Source: Prorocentrum cordatum
Taxonomy: Eukaryota
Length of the DNA: 64,000 nucleotides
NCBI GenBank assembly: GCA_963575745.1
Contig: CAUYUJ010000174.1
Coordinates: forward strand, 1 to 64,000
Direction of reading: 5' to 3'
The notes beneath the pieces were generated by a model. It ran no database searches. It saw only the letters and a program-made list of their open reading frames with translations, and was not told where the DNA came from. The position numbers and the translations under genes were made by a program. Positions 32,838 to 44,936 of this stretch are shown one piece after another. Each line of letters begins with the position of its first letter. Position 1 is the first letter of the stretch.

Positions 32838-35800
32838 CTATGGAGGGCTTAGTGCCTCCTCTCCCTGGGTCTTGGCACGCTCCTCGCGCACCAACTGGGC
32901 CAGGGGAATAGCGGGGGTCTTAAAAACGATCGGGGACGACTTTGTGCCCTTGGGATCTCGACCCTCCTGGACGCGGGCTAGCTGAGTGGCCGCTCCTTGG
33001 TGGCTCACTCTAGTGCTGCACGCACTAGCGAGCCCTCGACCCAACCCTTCAGAGAAGGATCCACACTTATGGCAAACCAAGATACTCGTCGGGTGATCAA
33101 GGTGCTCGTAGTAAAACAAATCGTGGCCTTTATTATCATGCACAAGATCGGAGAGCTGCTTACAGTGGCCTGGGCAATGCTGGGCCTGTAAGACTCCCCG
33201 CTGTTTGAAAGACTTGGTCTGCACTCTACACAGGATGCACCTGTGGTACTGGTGAATGAGAGCCCATGTGTGGTACCTGAAGGGCTCTCTGGGCTCCTCT
33301 TGGGGCACAGGCGGAGGCGGAGGGGGGGGGGGGCTCGACCGACGACGGCGGCGTCCACGACGAAAGGGCAGAGGCGGCACCCGTGGGGGGAGAAAAACTC
33401 TTCTCTGGGGCGGCCAAAACTTTGTTGCGGTGGGGGGCGATCGCGGGCCACTCTCCCAGAGCCTGCGCAACATACTTCAAATATCGCACGATAAACTTCC
33501 GACTGTCAGTGAAATCACTTTTCTCTGCTTCACTGGGCTGCATTCCTTTAAAAGCGGCTGCCTTGGCAATGCGGTCAGCAGTGCTATTACCTTCGGCCAA
33601 CCTTCTCTCTTCACTGCCTTCTGAGAGGGCCTGCAAGTCTTGGTGGGCCTTGACCTTGCGCAGGCGTTGGCCGAGGGGGAACTAGCTCCTGCCAGCCAAG
33701 ACCTTACACCCAGCCCATACGTTGTGCCGAGGGTACTCAGACCCTTGGTGCAGGGACAAAACTCGTTTATAATCAGAGTAAATGACTTCCACATCCCTAG
33801 AAAGAATACTGGCCGCAACAGCGGCCAAATGCTCCGCGGCACCCGAGGTTTGTAAAAACATCTGGCCGACTCGGCCACTGAAATGGGCAAAAGCTTCACC
33901 GTTACGCATACAGACAACCGCGAAACCTGCGGCGTTGAAAACATAGTGACCGTGGTTAGTGCAACTACCATCTATATACACCTCCCCTTCGCTGAAAGCC
34001 TCCTGCGGGGTGATCCCCTCCTGAGCACACCAAAACTCCCCAAACTCCAGGCCCGAACCAGGAGGATTCTCTCCACGATACTCGGGAACCAGCTGGAAAC
34101 CGAGATACTGGGGCAGGGTCTGGGGAGGAGGCTCTCTTAAATTCTGAAGCTCCGCTGCCGAGAAGTGAGTGGTTCTGAGATTCTCTGTCTTCGGGCAGTA
34201 AAGTATGCGGTGGCCGAGGTTGTCCGAATGGTGGCCGCACTCGCAGCCAGTCTCGACTTCATATCCTGCTGCCTTGGCTCTGTCCATAGTCCATATACTC
34301 TGGGTGAGGAAGGCGAGGAGGGTTCCCTTCTGGTGGCCAAGGAGGTCTGGCGATGACAGAGCAGCACGGGCAGCAACCACATCTAACTGGGCGTTCGGGT
34401 GGCCGATCTTCTCGGCCGCCTTGGAAGCGAGCTGGCCGTGCCAGTCGAACTCCATGAGCTTTTGGAGGAGGGCGGGGGAATGTCCTGGGAGAGGGTACTC
34501 AATGCCTGAGGAGGTCACAAAAGTAAATGGTCCCTGGAATTTCCAACCGATCCTTTTAAGCGAAAGCACCGCAGCGCTTAGGGGGCCCCTGGAGGAGCCC
34601 CAAGATTTAACAACTCTCGGGAGGATGGCCTACACGTAACTGCTGGAGGCTGGTCACGGCGAGGTGGGGGCGGGTGGCGGCGTCCCAAACAAGGCGATGC
34701 CACATAATGGCGGGGCCCAGGGCAGCTTTCCACAAGGGGTCCTTGAGGATGAGCAGAGCCAAACTGCGGCTGCGCGTCGGGCAACGGGGTCCCGCAGCAA
34801 AAACTGCGACCTAGCTGATTCCAACTGCGTGCCATTGATGCCAGTCACCTCGACTCCGAACGTGGTGGCCGCCTCGAGGCCAGTCCCATACAACTTATGA
34901 GTGTTACCCCCTGCTCTCTTGAGCATGCGAACCCTGTTAAGTCTTTTACGCATCTTATCAAGACGCTCCGAAATCTTACGCTGCTTTCTCCAGCGTCGTT
35001 GGGGCCGTCCAGCCCCAGTTTCACAACCCAGGTTAGGTCCAGACCTATCCGAGTTCGGGCCCGCCAGAGGCCCGAGGGCCGTCCTGAGTTGATCCTGAAG
35101 GGCTTGCTGGGACGCCAGGACCTGACTTTTCTTGCTGGCGATCTGGCACTTAAACTCATTGATGATGCAGTCTGCCATGGACCTGGCAGCAATATTGAGC
35201 TGGCTGGCGATGAGGCTGCAACTGCGGCCGTGGCACTGGAGCAGCAGATCATCTATAAACATCGCGAGCCTGATATGACAATGCGCCTGCGTCCACACGT
35301 CGAGCGGGGCGAGCACATACATTTGCACAATATAGGTGGCCCAACTGCATCCTGCGGCTATGCCCCTCCAAGGCTTGCCTACGCTGACTGCACAATCTTG
35401 TAGTGCAACTATGCGTTCACTGGCATATTGAGATAGTATGATACGCAATAAACAGCACGGAAAACCTGATTCAACAGCACGATAAGCAAGACAAGGCCGA
35501 TCAACATGTTCGTAGTAGTTAGATAAATCGTAGAGAACTTGGGCACTATATTGTTGATCTTTGTCAGAGCTGTTGAACTCGCATTCCAAGGATTGTTTGT
35601 ATACTAATTCCACTATGGAGTGACCAGCCTGATGAGCAAGATACGGCCTGCGGTGGTGTGCCTCCCACTCTCTGGCCGCTGACCTCCTGAGCCTAGCCCA
35701 GACTCTGTACAAAGCTGGAAGCATGCCAATGGACCTGAAAGAGGGCTGGCTGGCTGGGGCATCATGCTGTTTCAACTTCATCATCAGAGTCGATACGATG

Positions 35801-37555
35801 CCTTGGAGCTGGGTTGGCATATGTCCAATCTTTTCCAGCAGGCCAATAAAATCGCAGACAATCTCTGCCTGTTCGTTACTCAACATACTGAAATGCCTAG
35901 GGTGGAACCCGTCCCAGGTAGTGGCAGTGGCATGGGGAAAACTTTTCGCAACCTGTCGTAATCTCTTGGGGCTGATGGGGCCCAGGGCAATTCGATCTTC
36001 TCTGTCAGGAACGAGCTGAGGTGGGGTATCCTGGGAAACCTGCCATATTTTTGCCAGACGATCTGCTTCAGCCTGCAATATATGCTGGGGCCTGCCAGAA
36101 TACTGCGACTTAAATGGAACTGACGAGGGCCTCCAGGCCTCCAAACGCTTGGTCCATCTGTGAGCCCATCCCATTCCTCCCTTCATGTTGTCCTGAACCC
36201 AATCCCTCCATGCCTTCCCGTCTGCAGCGTTCTCTGCCGCCTGCTCCTGATGCAGGAGCTTGGTGACGTGCTCTAGCAGCTCGTCCAGAACCTGGATCGC
36301 CAGCGCCTGGTTCAGGGCACCAGCGCTGAACTCAACGCGCAACAGACCTGCAGCAACTCTAATCTCTTGCAGCCCCTCCTTGAGGGACACGACGGTGGTG
36401 AACAGCTCAGGGCAATCCTCTAAGCTGTCGAGAGCGTCCTGAAACTCAGTGAGATTCCAGTCCTGAACACATCTATGGAAATCTTGGATCCTATTGATGA
36501 GCCATCTCAACGGGCCCGTGTAGGCCACCCATTTGGCCCTACTCCTAGCAGCCTTGGCCTCAGCGAGGACCATAAGAACCTGAGGGGGGGGTGGGCCCTG
36601 GGGTACTTGCTAGGCTTGAGGGGGGTGTTAGTTTTCTTACTGATTGTAGCTTCCAAGTCCTGGGCCAAGCTGAAATACACGTGGTCCAGGAGCACCGACT
36701 GCTGTTGATCGCTGAGCGGCCGTCGAGCATCATCGATCAATAGTGAAGCGTACTCCAATGCAGCAGCTGACTGGTGCCAACTCACTTCTGGCAATTGCGG
36801 GCCCACAGGGATACGTGTGGGTAGCTTCTGGGGCCTATGCAGCGTGGGGATATTAAAGTTATTCCCAACTACAATATCTAGCAGCACAGGTCTGTGAGGG
36901 GAGAGAGGATACGAGGAAAGAGTACGGGGGTTACTGAGCCACGGCGAGAGGCCTTGGCTAGACAGGAAATAATCTAGCGTGGATTTGGTCTTCTTGTTTC
37001 GGTAGGTGGCGGTCGGCGGCGCAAGCAGGGTCATCGTGGACCTGGACAGAAACTCCGCTTGGGCCAACCTAGCGGGGGCTAGGTTAAAATCCCCCGCAAC
37101 CAAAACTGGATGGGTCAAATCATCCTGAAGTTGGCCTATGGCGGCCAGCAGTTTTAAATTGGTCTCGGAGAGACCAGCAGCAGCCTGAAAGTAGGTACAA
37201 CATATGGCGAACTTCGGGGCCCCAGGAAGTTCGAGCAACACCCCCGATAATCGAGCGGGGTCGAAAGCGGCAGAAAAAGTGATTGGCTGGACCCCCAGGT
37301 CCAAGCCATCCCGAATCAAAATCGCAACTCCCGAAACCAACTCATTATTCTCACTCGTGGCTGCAGGCGTGATGTAAGCCAGCCACCCCTGGGCCGAGCA
37401 CCATTGTATCTGACGCACAATGCGATCTCCTTCGGCAGGCTTACGCTCCTGAGCACAGATGATCGTGACTGCACTAGACTGCGGCGAAAGGACAAACTTG
37501 CGCACAGCAGGCCAGCAGGAACCATTGATAGTAGCGGTCTTATAAGTGTTACCCT
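32838..37555 (-). pseudogene. LINE A ORF2, split over several frames
   Basis: APE ~36600-37550, RT 34654-36573, linker and RNase H ~33480-34569, and C-terminal Cys/His region 32838-33300. Confidence 0.85.
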
Positions 37556-38706
37556 GGCGGCTTCTGGCCCTGGGTGGCCGCGAGAGACGCAGCCTCGGCT
37601 GCCGCCTTGACCCTCTTGGTCTCGGGGCCTGACTCACTCTGGATCTTGGCCATGCCCTGGGCGACCTCGGACAGCGCAGCAGCCGCACGGCGGCGGCCTT
37701 CAGACGTATCCATGGCCTGCTCCTCTGCCATGGACTCCAGCTCCTTGTCGTCGGCGGGAGTGGGGACGTGCTGGCCTGGGATGGGCACGGGCGTCTGACT
37801 TGCCTGGCCGACATCAGGGCTCTCTCCAACTGCAGGGAAGCCGTCGATGACCCCGCGCTGGGCCGCCTCCGCAGGCGGGCCGCCACCTGCTGGTGCGCCC
37901 GAGGCCTGGGATGCGACATGTTGCTGCTGCAAGGTGTCGAACATGGCGGCCAGCTCCGATACTTTATCTCGTAGTTCAGGTGGGGCCAGCCCTCCTTGTG
38001 GCATTCTGGCGGATATAACTCCTTGAATGGTGGTGAGCAAATCTTCAGCGTTGGATGCCTCGTATGCAGCCGCCTGGGTGGCCGCATTGAGCTGTGTCTC
38101 CAGCGTTTGCACTTCTTTTGAATTAGCTTCGATCTCCTCGACCAGCTTGCCGTCATATTCACTTGCCTCGACAATAGTAGTGACCAGCTCGCTGGCCTCC
38201 TGCTTCTGCGACTGCAACCTCTGGCGCAGCACCTGGAGTTGATCTGACAGGGATTGTGCTTGCTGCTCCAGGCTCTTGGCTGATAGCGCCTGCGCCTTGG
38301 CGAACTTGAGCTTGCCCAGCGCCGCCCTGTGCTCCTCTCCATCTGGCTTCCACTTTTTCCAGAAGGTGACTTGAGCTTGGGCCAGGGCGACTGGGTCGTC
38401 AGCGGGAACTGCATCCTCGAAGGTGACCACTCGGCCGCCTCCGCGCCCCAGGCCTGGTGGGCGCTCTGGACCGCGGGAGCCTTTCCTCCAGCGTCCTGGC
38501 TTGGCGGACTCCTCCTCGACGTCAGGCCGAACATCCTGGGGGCCACCTCCACCGCCTTGGGGTCTAGCTGGGGGACCATGATCCCCGCCCTGCTTGAAAC
38601 GGCTGCCACACTGCATGCAATGACGAGAATTCGTCGCGCACCAAGCCCAGCCCTTGCAACCTCGCTTCGAGCAGACCATGTACTTCTTCTGCTGCTGGGC
38701 GGGCAT
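37549..38706 (-). CDS. LINE A ORF1 (N-terminal Cys zinc finger + coiled coil)
   Basis: MPAQQQKKYMVCSKRGCKGWAW...HCMQCGSRF followed by a long Q/E/A/L heptad region. The frame is intact. Confidence 0.8.
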   Translation of the reverse strand: MPAQQQKKYMVCSKRGCKGWAWCATNSRHCMQCGSRFKQGGDHGPPARPQGGGGGPQDVRPDVEEESAKPGRWRKGSRGPERPPGLGRGGGRVVTFEDAVPADDPVALAQAQVTFWKKWKPDGEEHRAALGKLKFAKAQALSAKSLEQQAQSLSDQLQVLRQRLQSQKQEASELVTTIVEASEYDGKLVEEIEANSKEVQTLETQLNAATQAAAYEASNAEDLLTTIQGVISARMPQGGLAPPELRDKVSELAAMFDTLQQQHVASQASGAPAGGGPPAEAAQRGVIDGFPAVGESPDVGQASQTPVPIPGQHVPTPADDKELESMAEEQAMDTSEGRRRAAAALSEVAQGMAKIQSESGPETKRVKAAAEAASLAATQGQKPPG

Positions 38707-39834
38707 CTTCTGATGATGGCAGGGCGCTGGCGCACGCACACGAGAGGCCCTATGGCAGCACTGATGCGGGTCGTGATTGTGCCTCTGCCTGGGGCTGACC
38801 AGGCGGCACGGGGGCAGAGCAAACAAGCTTGGGCCCCAGCACCCAGGGCCTGCCCTGGATGGCAATGCTGAGACCTGCACCTCCCGCGGTGTGCTCAGGT
38901 CTTGAGCCAGGAGGAGGAGGAGGAGGAGAGGAGGAGGAGGAGGAGAAGAGGAGGAGGAGGAGGAGGAGGAGGAGGAAGAGGAGGAGGAGGAGGAGGAGGA
39001 GAAAGAGGAGGAGGAGGAGGAAGAGGAGGAGAGGAGGAGAGAGAGGAGGAGGAAGAGGAGGAAGAGGAGGAAGAGCAGGAGGAGGAGGAAGAGGAGGCGG
39101 AAGAGGAGGAGGAGGATTTTTTTTTGTCGACCCATGAACAGCCACATGACTCCGCTGGCGTGGCGAGTGCCAGCGAGATGCACCAAAAACGGCGCAGGCC
39201 GCGCCACCGACGGGGCCATGCCCCCGTGGCGCGACCTAAGCGCGACCAGGGAGCGCTGGGAGACCGTGCTCCGCGCTCCCTGGTCGGGGTGGGGGCGCGA
39301 GCCGTGCTCAGCGCCAACCCTACCCACCACCCACTCCATGGGTGGCCGCGTTTTACGGCCCCGGGACCACGACACGACGCGACACGACAGGGGGACGAAA
39401 CGAACGACGCGACACGAACGACACGAGACGGACGAGCGACACGACGGAGACGAGCCGCCAGCCCCGCCCCAGGGCGGCGAGTGCTGGGGGGGACCCAGCA
39501 CCGCCCTGGGGAAGCACACGGGGCCTGGCGACCCCCCCGGGGGAAGGAAACCGCACTTTGGCGGCGTCCCCCGGGGTGCGGGGGATTTTCGCCCCTCGGG
39601 CCCGGCGCTCCCCGCCTGCGCCAGGAGGACCCTGGGGTCCCGACCCCTCCCCTACGGGAAAGAGGAGGAGGAGGAAGAGGAGGAGTAGGAAGAGGAGGAG
39701 GAGGAGGAGGAGGAGGAGGAGGAGGAGGAGGAGGAGTAGGAGCAGGAGGAGAAGAAGTGGAGGAGGAGGAGGAGGAGGAGGAGGAGGAGGAGGAGGAGGA
39801 GGAGGAGGAGGAGGAAGAGGAAGAGAGTAGCACG

Positions 39835-39950
39835 GCTCTGGGGCACCCTCACCCCGTCTTTGATCCCGATGTCCTGGTGCCGCGACCCTTGAGACCACGT
39901 TGAACGCGAGCGTACGTCGTGCTTGACACGTAAAGTCGGGGCAATCAGGA
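39835..39950. repeat. ~115-bp dispersed repeat, second copy at ~42062-42175
   Basis: Both copies contain ggctctgggg...cctggtgccgc.acccttgagaccacg.tgaacgcg...tcgtgcttgac.cgtaa...aatcaggagga. Confidence 0.75.
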
Positions 39951-40529
39951 GGAAAGGGAGGAGGACGAGAAGGAGGGTGAAGGGGATCTCCAGGATTCCC
40001 AGGGGCAGGAGGAGGAGGAGGACATATGAGGACCCGTGCAAACCCAAGACTCATCAACGATGTTGAAATACACCCTCCCTCAAAGATCCCTCTTCACAAG
40101 CCCCTACAAAGGGTCATTGCCACTGAAAGAATTGCCCCGTTGGGGGTCAACCGTGTAAACATCTTGAAGCGTGCCAAAATACCATTCTCAGGACGTCAAT
40201 GCCACGAACTAAACCTGACTGTTACGTCTTGGCGATCCTGGATCGCGCAAGAACGCCTCTCCTGGGACTCCAGCGCCGCGAATCAACGTAATTCATTGTT
40301 GCGCCCTGACACTCGTGAACCGCACCGCTCCAAAACACCCTCTCTGGTACGTGAGCCAGACAGACAGGCGGACAACACAGCCAGACAGGCCAGGCGCCCG
40401 GACGGCGCATCGGCAGCAGAGCTCGGCCGAATCAGCAGGACACAACCAAGGAGCCCCCTCGAGCACCACTCACGTCATCCTTACCCCCTGCGCGCGGGAG
40501 AGTCGCTTCCAAACGCACCTCCAAGGACC

Positions 40530-40845
40530 GGGCGTGTCCCAACCCGGCGCCCTCGCTCAAGACATCCTCGCAAAATCACCACTCAGGCCCCCAAGGCACC
40601 CCCAAGGACCATTTCCGGCGCTGCACCGGGCGCACCGGGCGCTCCGGGCGTGTCCCAACCCGGCGCCCTTGCTCGAGACATCCTCGCAAAATCGCCACAC
40701 GGGCCCCCAGCGCACCCCCACGGACCATTTCCGGCGCTGCACCAGGCGCACCGGGCGCGTCGGGAGTGTCCCAACCCAGCGCCCTCGCTCGAGACTTCCT
40801 TGCAAAATCGCCACTCGGGCCCCCAGCGCACCCCCAGGGACCCCC
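40530..40845. repeat. ~117-bp tandem repeat, ~3 copies
   Basis: gtgtcccaaccc...gctc.agac...gcaaaatc.ccac recurs at ~40535, ~40650 and ~40766. Confidence 0.8.
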
Positions 40846-41419
40846 AGGTGATCCCCGCCCGCCCGATCCTCACCCTCCTTGATCTTCCTTCTCCTCATCC
40901 TCGCTCTCCCGATCCTCACCCGCCGCACCAACGTTGCCCGCTCTCTATCACCATCGTCATCGAGCGCAGGCGCGCGCGCCTTGTTTGTATATACAAAAAA
41001 CCCCGATCAACCGCAGAGTGGAGAGTTTCAAGACCCGGTGACAGACGGAGTTATAACCCAGTAAGATGTACTTATTCTTGCGTCCATACCTCAGACCACT
41101 ACAGTCGGGGCCCTGAAGAAGGAACCCTTTTCGTTGGGGAGGGGCTCCGCGTTCCTTAAGTGTTTCACAGCTTGCCTCAGGTTTTCCTTATGTTTTCGAT
41201 CGGAAATCGAAGTTGAACTTATGGAAAAAAAGGGGCCTCGTTCCTTATTTAGGGTTCCTTAGGTCAACGTCCCGACTGTAGGGTCCCACGTGGCAAGGAC
41301 GACTGTCCCTGAATGATCAAGTGCACTCAGTCTCCCTGGGGGATCCCGCAGGCTCAAGGCAACACCCGAGAGTTATTGAGCAGGGTGGGTGCCCAACTGA
41401 GGGCGACTCTTGTGCTGGG

Positions 41420-41464
<45 letters not shown>

Positions 41465-42246
41465 GGCTGGGGTGAGCTTCGCTTTTAGCCACAAAGGGTC
41501 GTCCTCGGCGCATGTGCCCGAGATCTGGGGTATCCCAGAGCTCCGATCCACGATGGCTTTTGCCCGCAAGGGCAGATGCAGGTACACGGCTCGTTGGAGT
41601 TGTTCGCCTCCCCCTCCCATACAGGTCAGGGCTCTCCACGCGGAGATCCTGGCACGGAGGAGGCTCGGGGTGATGAGCACTCGCAGCCTCCTAGAGCAGA
41701 GTGCTCACGCTTTGCACTGGGACATCCGTAGCAGGGGCCTCTGATCCATGGGACGGTTCGTTCCCTGAGGCTGACCTGGACCTGGTTCCGTTCCTGGCCC
41801 CCTGCACCCTTTCCTGGCGGGCTCCTGGGACGAATGACAGAACATAGACTACCGCCGAGGCTAACCCCGTCCTTCCCCTTTCCCCCCTTCCCCCGTGTTG
41901 CATGCGTATGTGGTGCATGATTCAAGCACAGAGACACTTGCTCCCCAAGGTCGTTCGCAACAACATGATGATGAGGAGGAGGCGGAGGCTGAAGAGGAGG
42001 CGGAGGAGGAGGCCTAGAAGGAGCAGCACGAGGAGAAGGAGGAGGAAGAATCTAGTAACATGGCTCTGGGGCACCTCCACCCCATCAATGAGCCCTGTTT
42101 CCTGGTGCCGCTACCCTTGAGACCACGGTGAACGCGCGCGTGCATCGTGCTTGACGCGTAAGGTTTCGGAAATCAGGAGGAAGAGGAAGAGGAGGAGGAG
42201 GAAGAGGAGGAGGAGGAGGAGGAGGAGGAGGAGCAGGAGGAACAGT

Positions 42247-42303
<57 letters not shown>

Positions 42304-42421
42304 TGATGTGATGCTGATGTGATGCTGATGATGATTGATGATGATGGATGTGATGGTGATGGTGATGGTGATGATGATGATGCTGATGATGATGATGGTG
42401 ATGAATGATGATGATGATGAC

Positions 42422-42478
<57 letters not shown>

Positions 42479-42978
42479 CATCGTCATCATCATCATCATC
42501 ATCATCATGAGGAGGAGGAGGAGGAGGAGGAGGAGGAGCAGGATGATGAGGAGGAACAGGAGGAGGAGTAGGAGGATTTCAAGGACCTCCGGGGGGAGGA
42601 GGAGGAGGAGGCGGAGGAAGAGGAGAAGGGACAGGAGAAGGGAAACCAGGAGGAGGAGGAGGAGGATCCGAGGTTCGAGAGGAGAGGTCACATCCTGAGG
42701 CCACGCCCCTCAGAAAGGCGGCGGCAACTGCGCGCTGATAGGCGGCGCACGGCGCACCGCCGAGGGCCGCCCGGGCCGAGCACGGTGTCTCGGCGGCGCG
42801 CGCAGCAGCCCCGAGCCTGCAGGGCCAGGCTCCCTGCCAGGAGGAGGGACGAGGAGAGAGGAAAAGGGTTCGGCAGGAGGAGGGGCGGGAGGGGGACTAG
42901 GAGGGTGCGGTCGAAGGAAGGCCCAGAGAAGGAGGAGGAGGAGGAGGAGGAGGAGGAGGAGGAGGAGGAGGAGGAGGA

Positions 42979-43078
42979 NNNNNNNNNNNNNNNNNNNNNN
43001 NNNNNNNNNNNNNNNNNNNNNNNNNNNNNNNNNNNNNNNNNNNNNNNNNNNNNNNNNNNNNNNNNNNNNNNNNNNNNN
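42979..43078. other. Assembly gap (100 N)
   Basis: Run of N flanked by (GAG)n on the left and (CCT)n on the right. Confidence 1.
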
Positions 43079-43449
43079 GTCCTCGTTCCTCCTCCTCCCT
43101 CTTCGTCCCTTCTCCTCCTCCTCCTCCTCCTCCTCCTCCTCCTCCTCATCCTCCTCATCCTCCTCATCCTCCCCTTTTTCCTCCTCCTCCTCCTCCTCCT
43201 CCTCCTCCTCCTCCTCCTCCTCCTCCTCCTCCTCCTCCTCCTCCTGGTACTCCTCCCCCTCCCCTCCTCCTCCTCCTCCTCTTCCTGGTCGTCCTCCTCC
43301 TCCTGGTCGTCCTCCTCCTCCTGCTCGTCCTCCTCCTCCTCCTGCTCGTCCTTCTTCTCCTGCTCCTCATGCTCCTCGTCCTGCTCCTGCTCGTCCTCGT
43401 CCTCCTGGTCTTGCTCGTCCTCCTCCTCGTCGTGCTCTTGCCCCTGCTG

Positions 43450-44235
43450 AAAATGTGGCCCAGGAATGGGAGTTCTGGGAAGTCGAAAAGCACGAAGTTG
43501 CCTACAGTTAGCTACGGGCATTCAAAATGTGGCCCGGGAATGGAGTTCTGGGAACTCGAAGAGCACGAAGTGGCCTACAGTTGGCTCCGGGCATTCAAAA
43601 TGTGGCCCGGGAGTGGAGTTTTGGGGACTCGAAGACCACGAAGTGGCCTACAGTTGGCTCCGGGTATTCAAAATGTGGCCCGGGAATGGAGTTCTGGGAA
43701 TCGAAGGCACGAAGTGGCCTACAGTTGGCTCCGGGCATCCAAAATGTGGCCCTGGAATGGAGTTCTGGGAACTCGAAGAGCACGAAGTGGCCTACAGTTG
43801 GCTCCGGGCATCCAAAATGTGGCCCGGGAATGGAGTTCTGGGAACTCGAAGAGCACGAAGTGGCCTACAGTTGGCTCCGGGCATTCAAAATGTGGCCCGG
43901 GAATGGAGTTCTGGGAACTCGAAGAGCACGAAGTGGCCTACAGTTGGCTCCGGGCATTCAAAATGTGGCCCGGGAATGGAGTTCTGGGAATCGAAGAGCA
44001 CGAAGTGGCCTACAGTTGGCTCCGGGCATCCAAAATGTGGCCCGGGAATGGCGTTCTGGGAACTCGAAGAGCACGAAGTGTGTGACTGTTGCATCCGGCC
44101 CCCCAGAATGTGGCCCGGGAATGGCGTTCTGGGATGTCGAAGAGCACTTTGTGTGTGACTGTTGCATCCGGCCCCCCAGAATGTGGCCTGGGAATGGAGT
44201 TCTGGGAAGGCGAAGAGCACGAAGTGTGTGACTGT
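43450..44235. repeat. ~73-bp tandem satellite, ~11 copies
   Basis: Unit aaaatgtggcccgggaatggagttctgggaactcgaagagcacgaagtggcctacagttggctccgggcattc. The last units carry a variant segment. There are no unique spacers. Confidence 0.92.
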
Positions 44236-44509
44236 TGGTGAAAAACGAGCCCGGCTCATGCCGCCCGGAAACGCCCCAACACCTGCCCGGACCCCCCTGT
44301 GGAGTGATCTGTGAGCTCTTTTGAGTCAACTAGAAACCTATCAGTCTTCGCTGTTAGGTAAAAAGGTATTAAAATCTTCATGGGGGGTCATCTCGCGAAT
44401 TTTCCGGCGATCGTATCCCCTGGAGATAAAAAATGCCCGCAGGGAAGAGGGAAGGTAGTAGTCGTAGTCGTATTAGTACTGATGGTGGAGTAGTAGCAGT
44501 AGCAGTAGC

Positions 44510-44583
<74 letters not shown>

Positions 44584-44901
44584 TAGTAGTAGTAGTAATG
44601 CGAGTACTGATGGTAGTAGTACTAGTAGTAGTCGTAGTCGTAGTCGTAGTAGAAGTAAAAGAAATAGTGGTGGCAGTAGTAGTAGCAGCAGTCGTAGTAG
44701 TAGTAGTAGTAGTAGCAGTAATAATAATAGTAGTCGTAGGCGTAATCGTAGTCGTAGTCGTAGTAGTAGTAGTAGTAGTAGTCGTCGTCGTAGTAGAAGA
44801 AGTATTCGTAGTAGTAATAGTAGCAATAGTAATAGTAACAATAGTAATAGTTGTAGTAGTAGTAGTAGTAATAGTAGTCGCACTAGTAGTAGCAGTAGAA
44901 A

Positions 44902-44936
<35 letters not shown>

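Larger units (their letters stand above)
32786..38909 (-). mobile_element. LINE A: full-length non-LTR retrotransposon (ORF1 + APE-RT-RNase H), frameshifted
   Basis: APE motifs TINGS, CAQE, SGVAIL, AGDFN, STLDYF and SPHRPV. RT motifs FRSIGML, YDLSNYYE, GIAAGC and MFIDDL. RNase H motifs YIDGS, GAAEH, YSDY and GNSTADRIAK. It has a Cys/His-rich C-terminus, a 5' TGGCTCAAG and a 3' (TCC)n. Confidence 0.9.

Noticed and set aside
41345..41360. Isolated GGCTCAAG (also ccttggcccaag at ~13523)
   Set aside because: Too short and not at a recognisable element or gene boundary, so it could be chance.
43450..44235. CRISPR-like regular array
   Set aside because: Whole units repeat with no unique spacers, there are no cas genes, and the context is eukaryotic.
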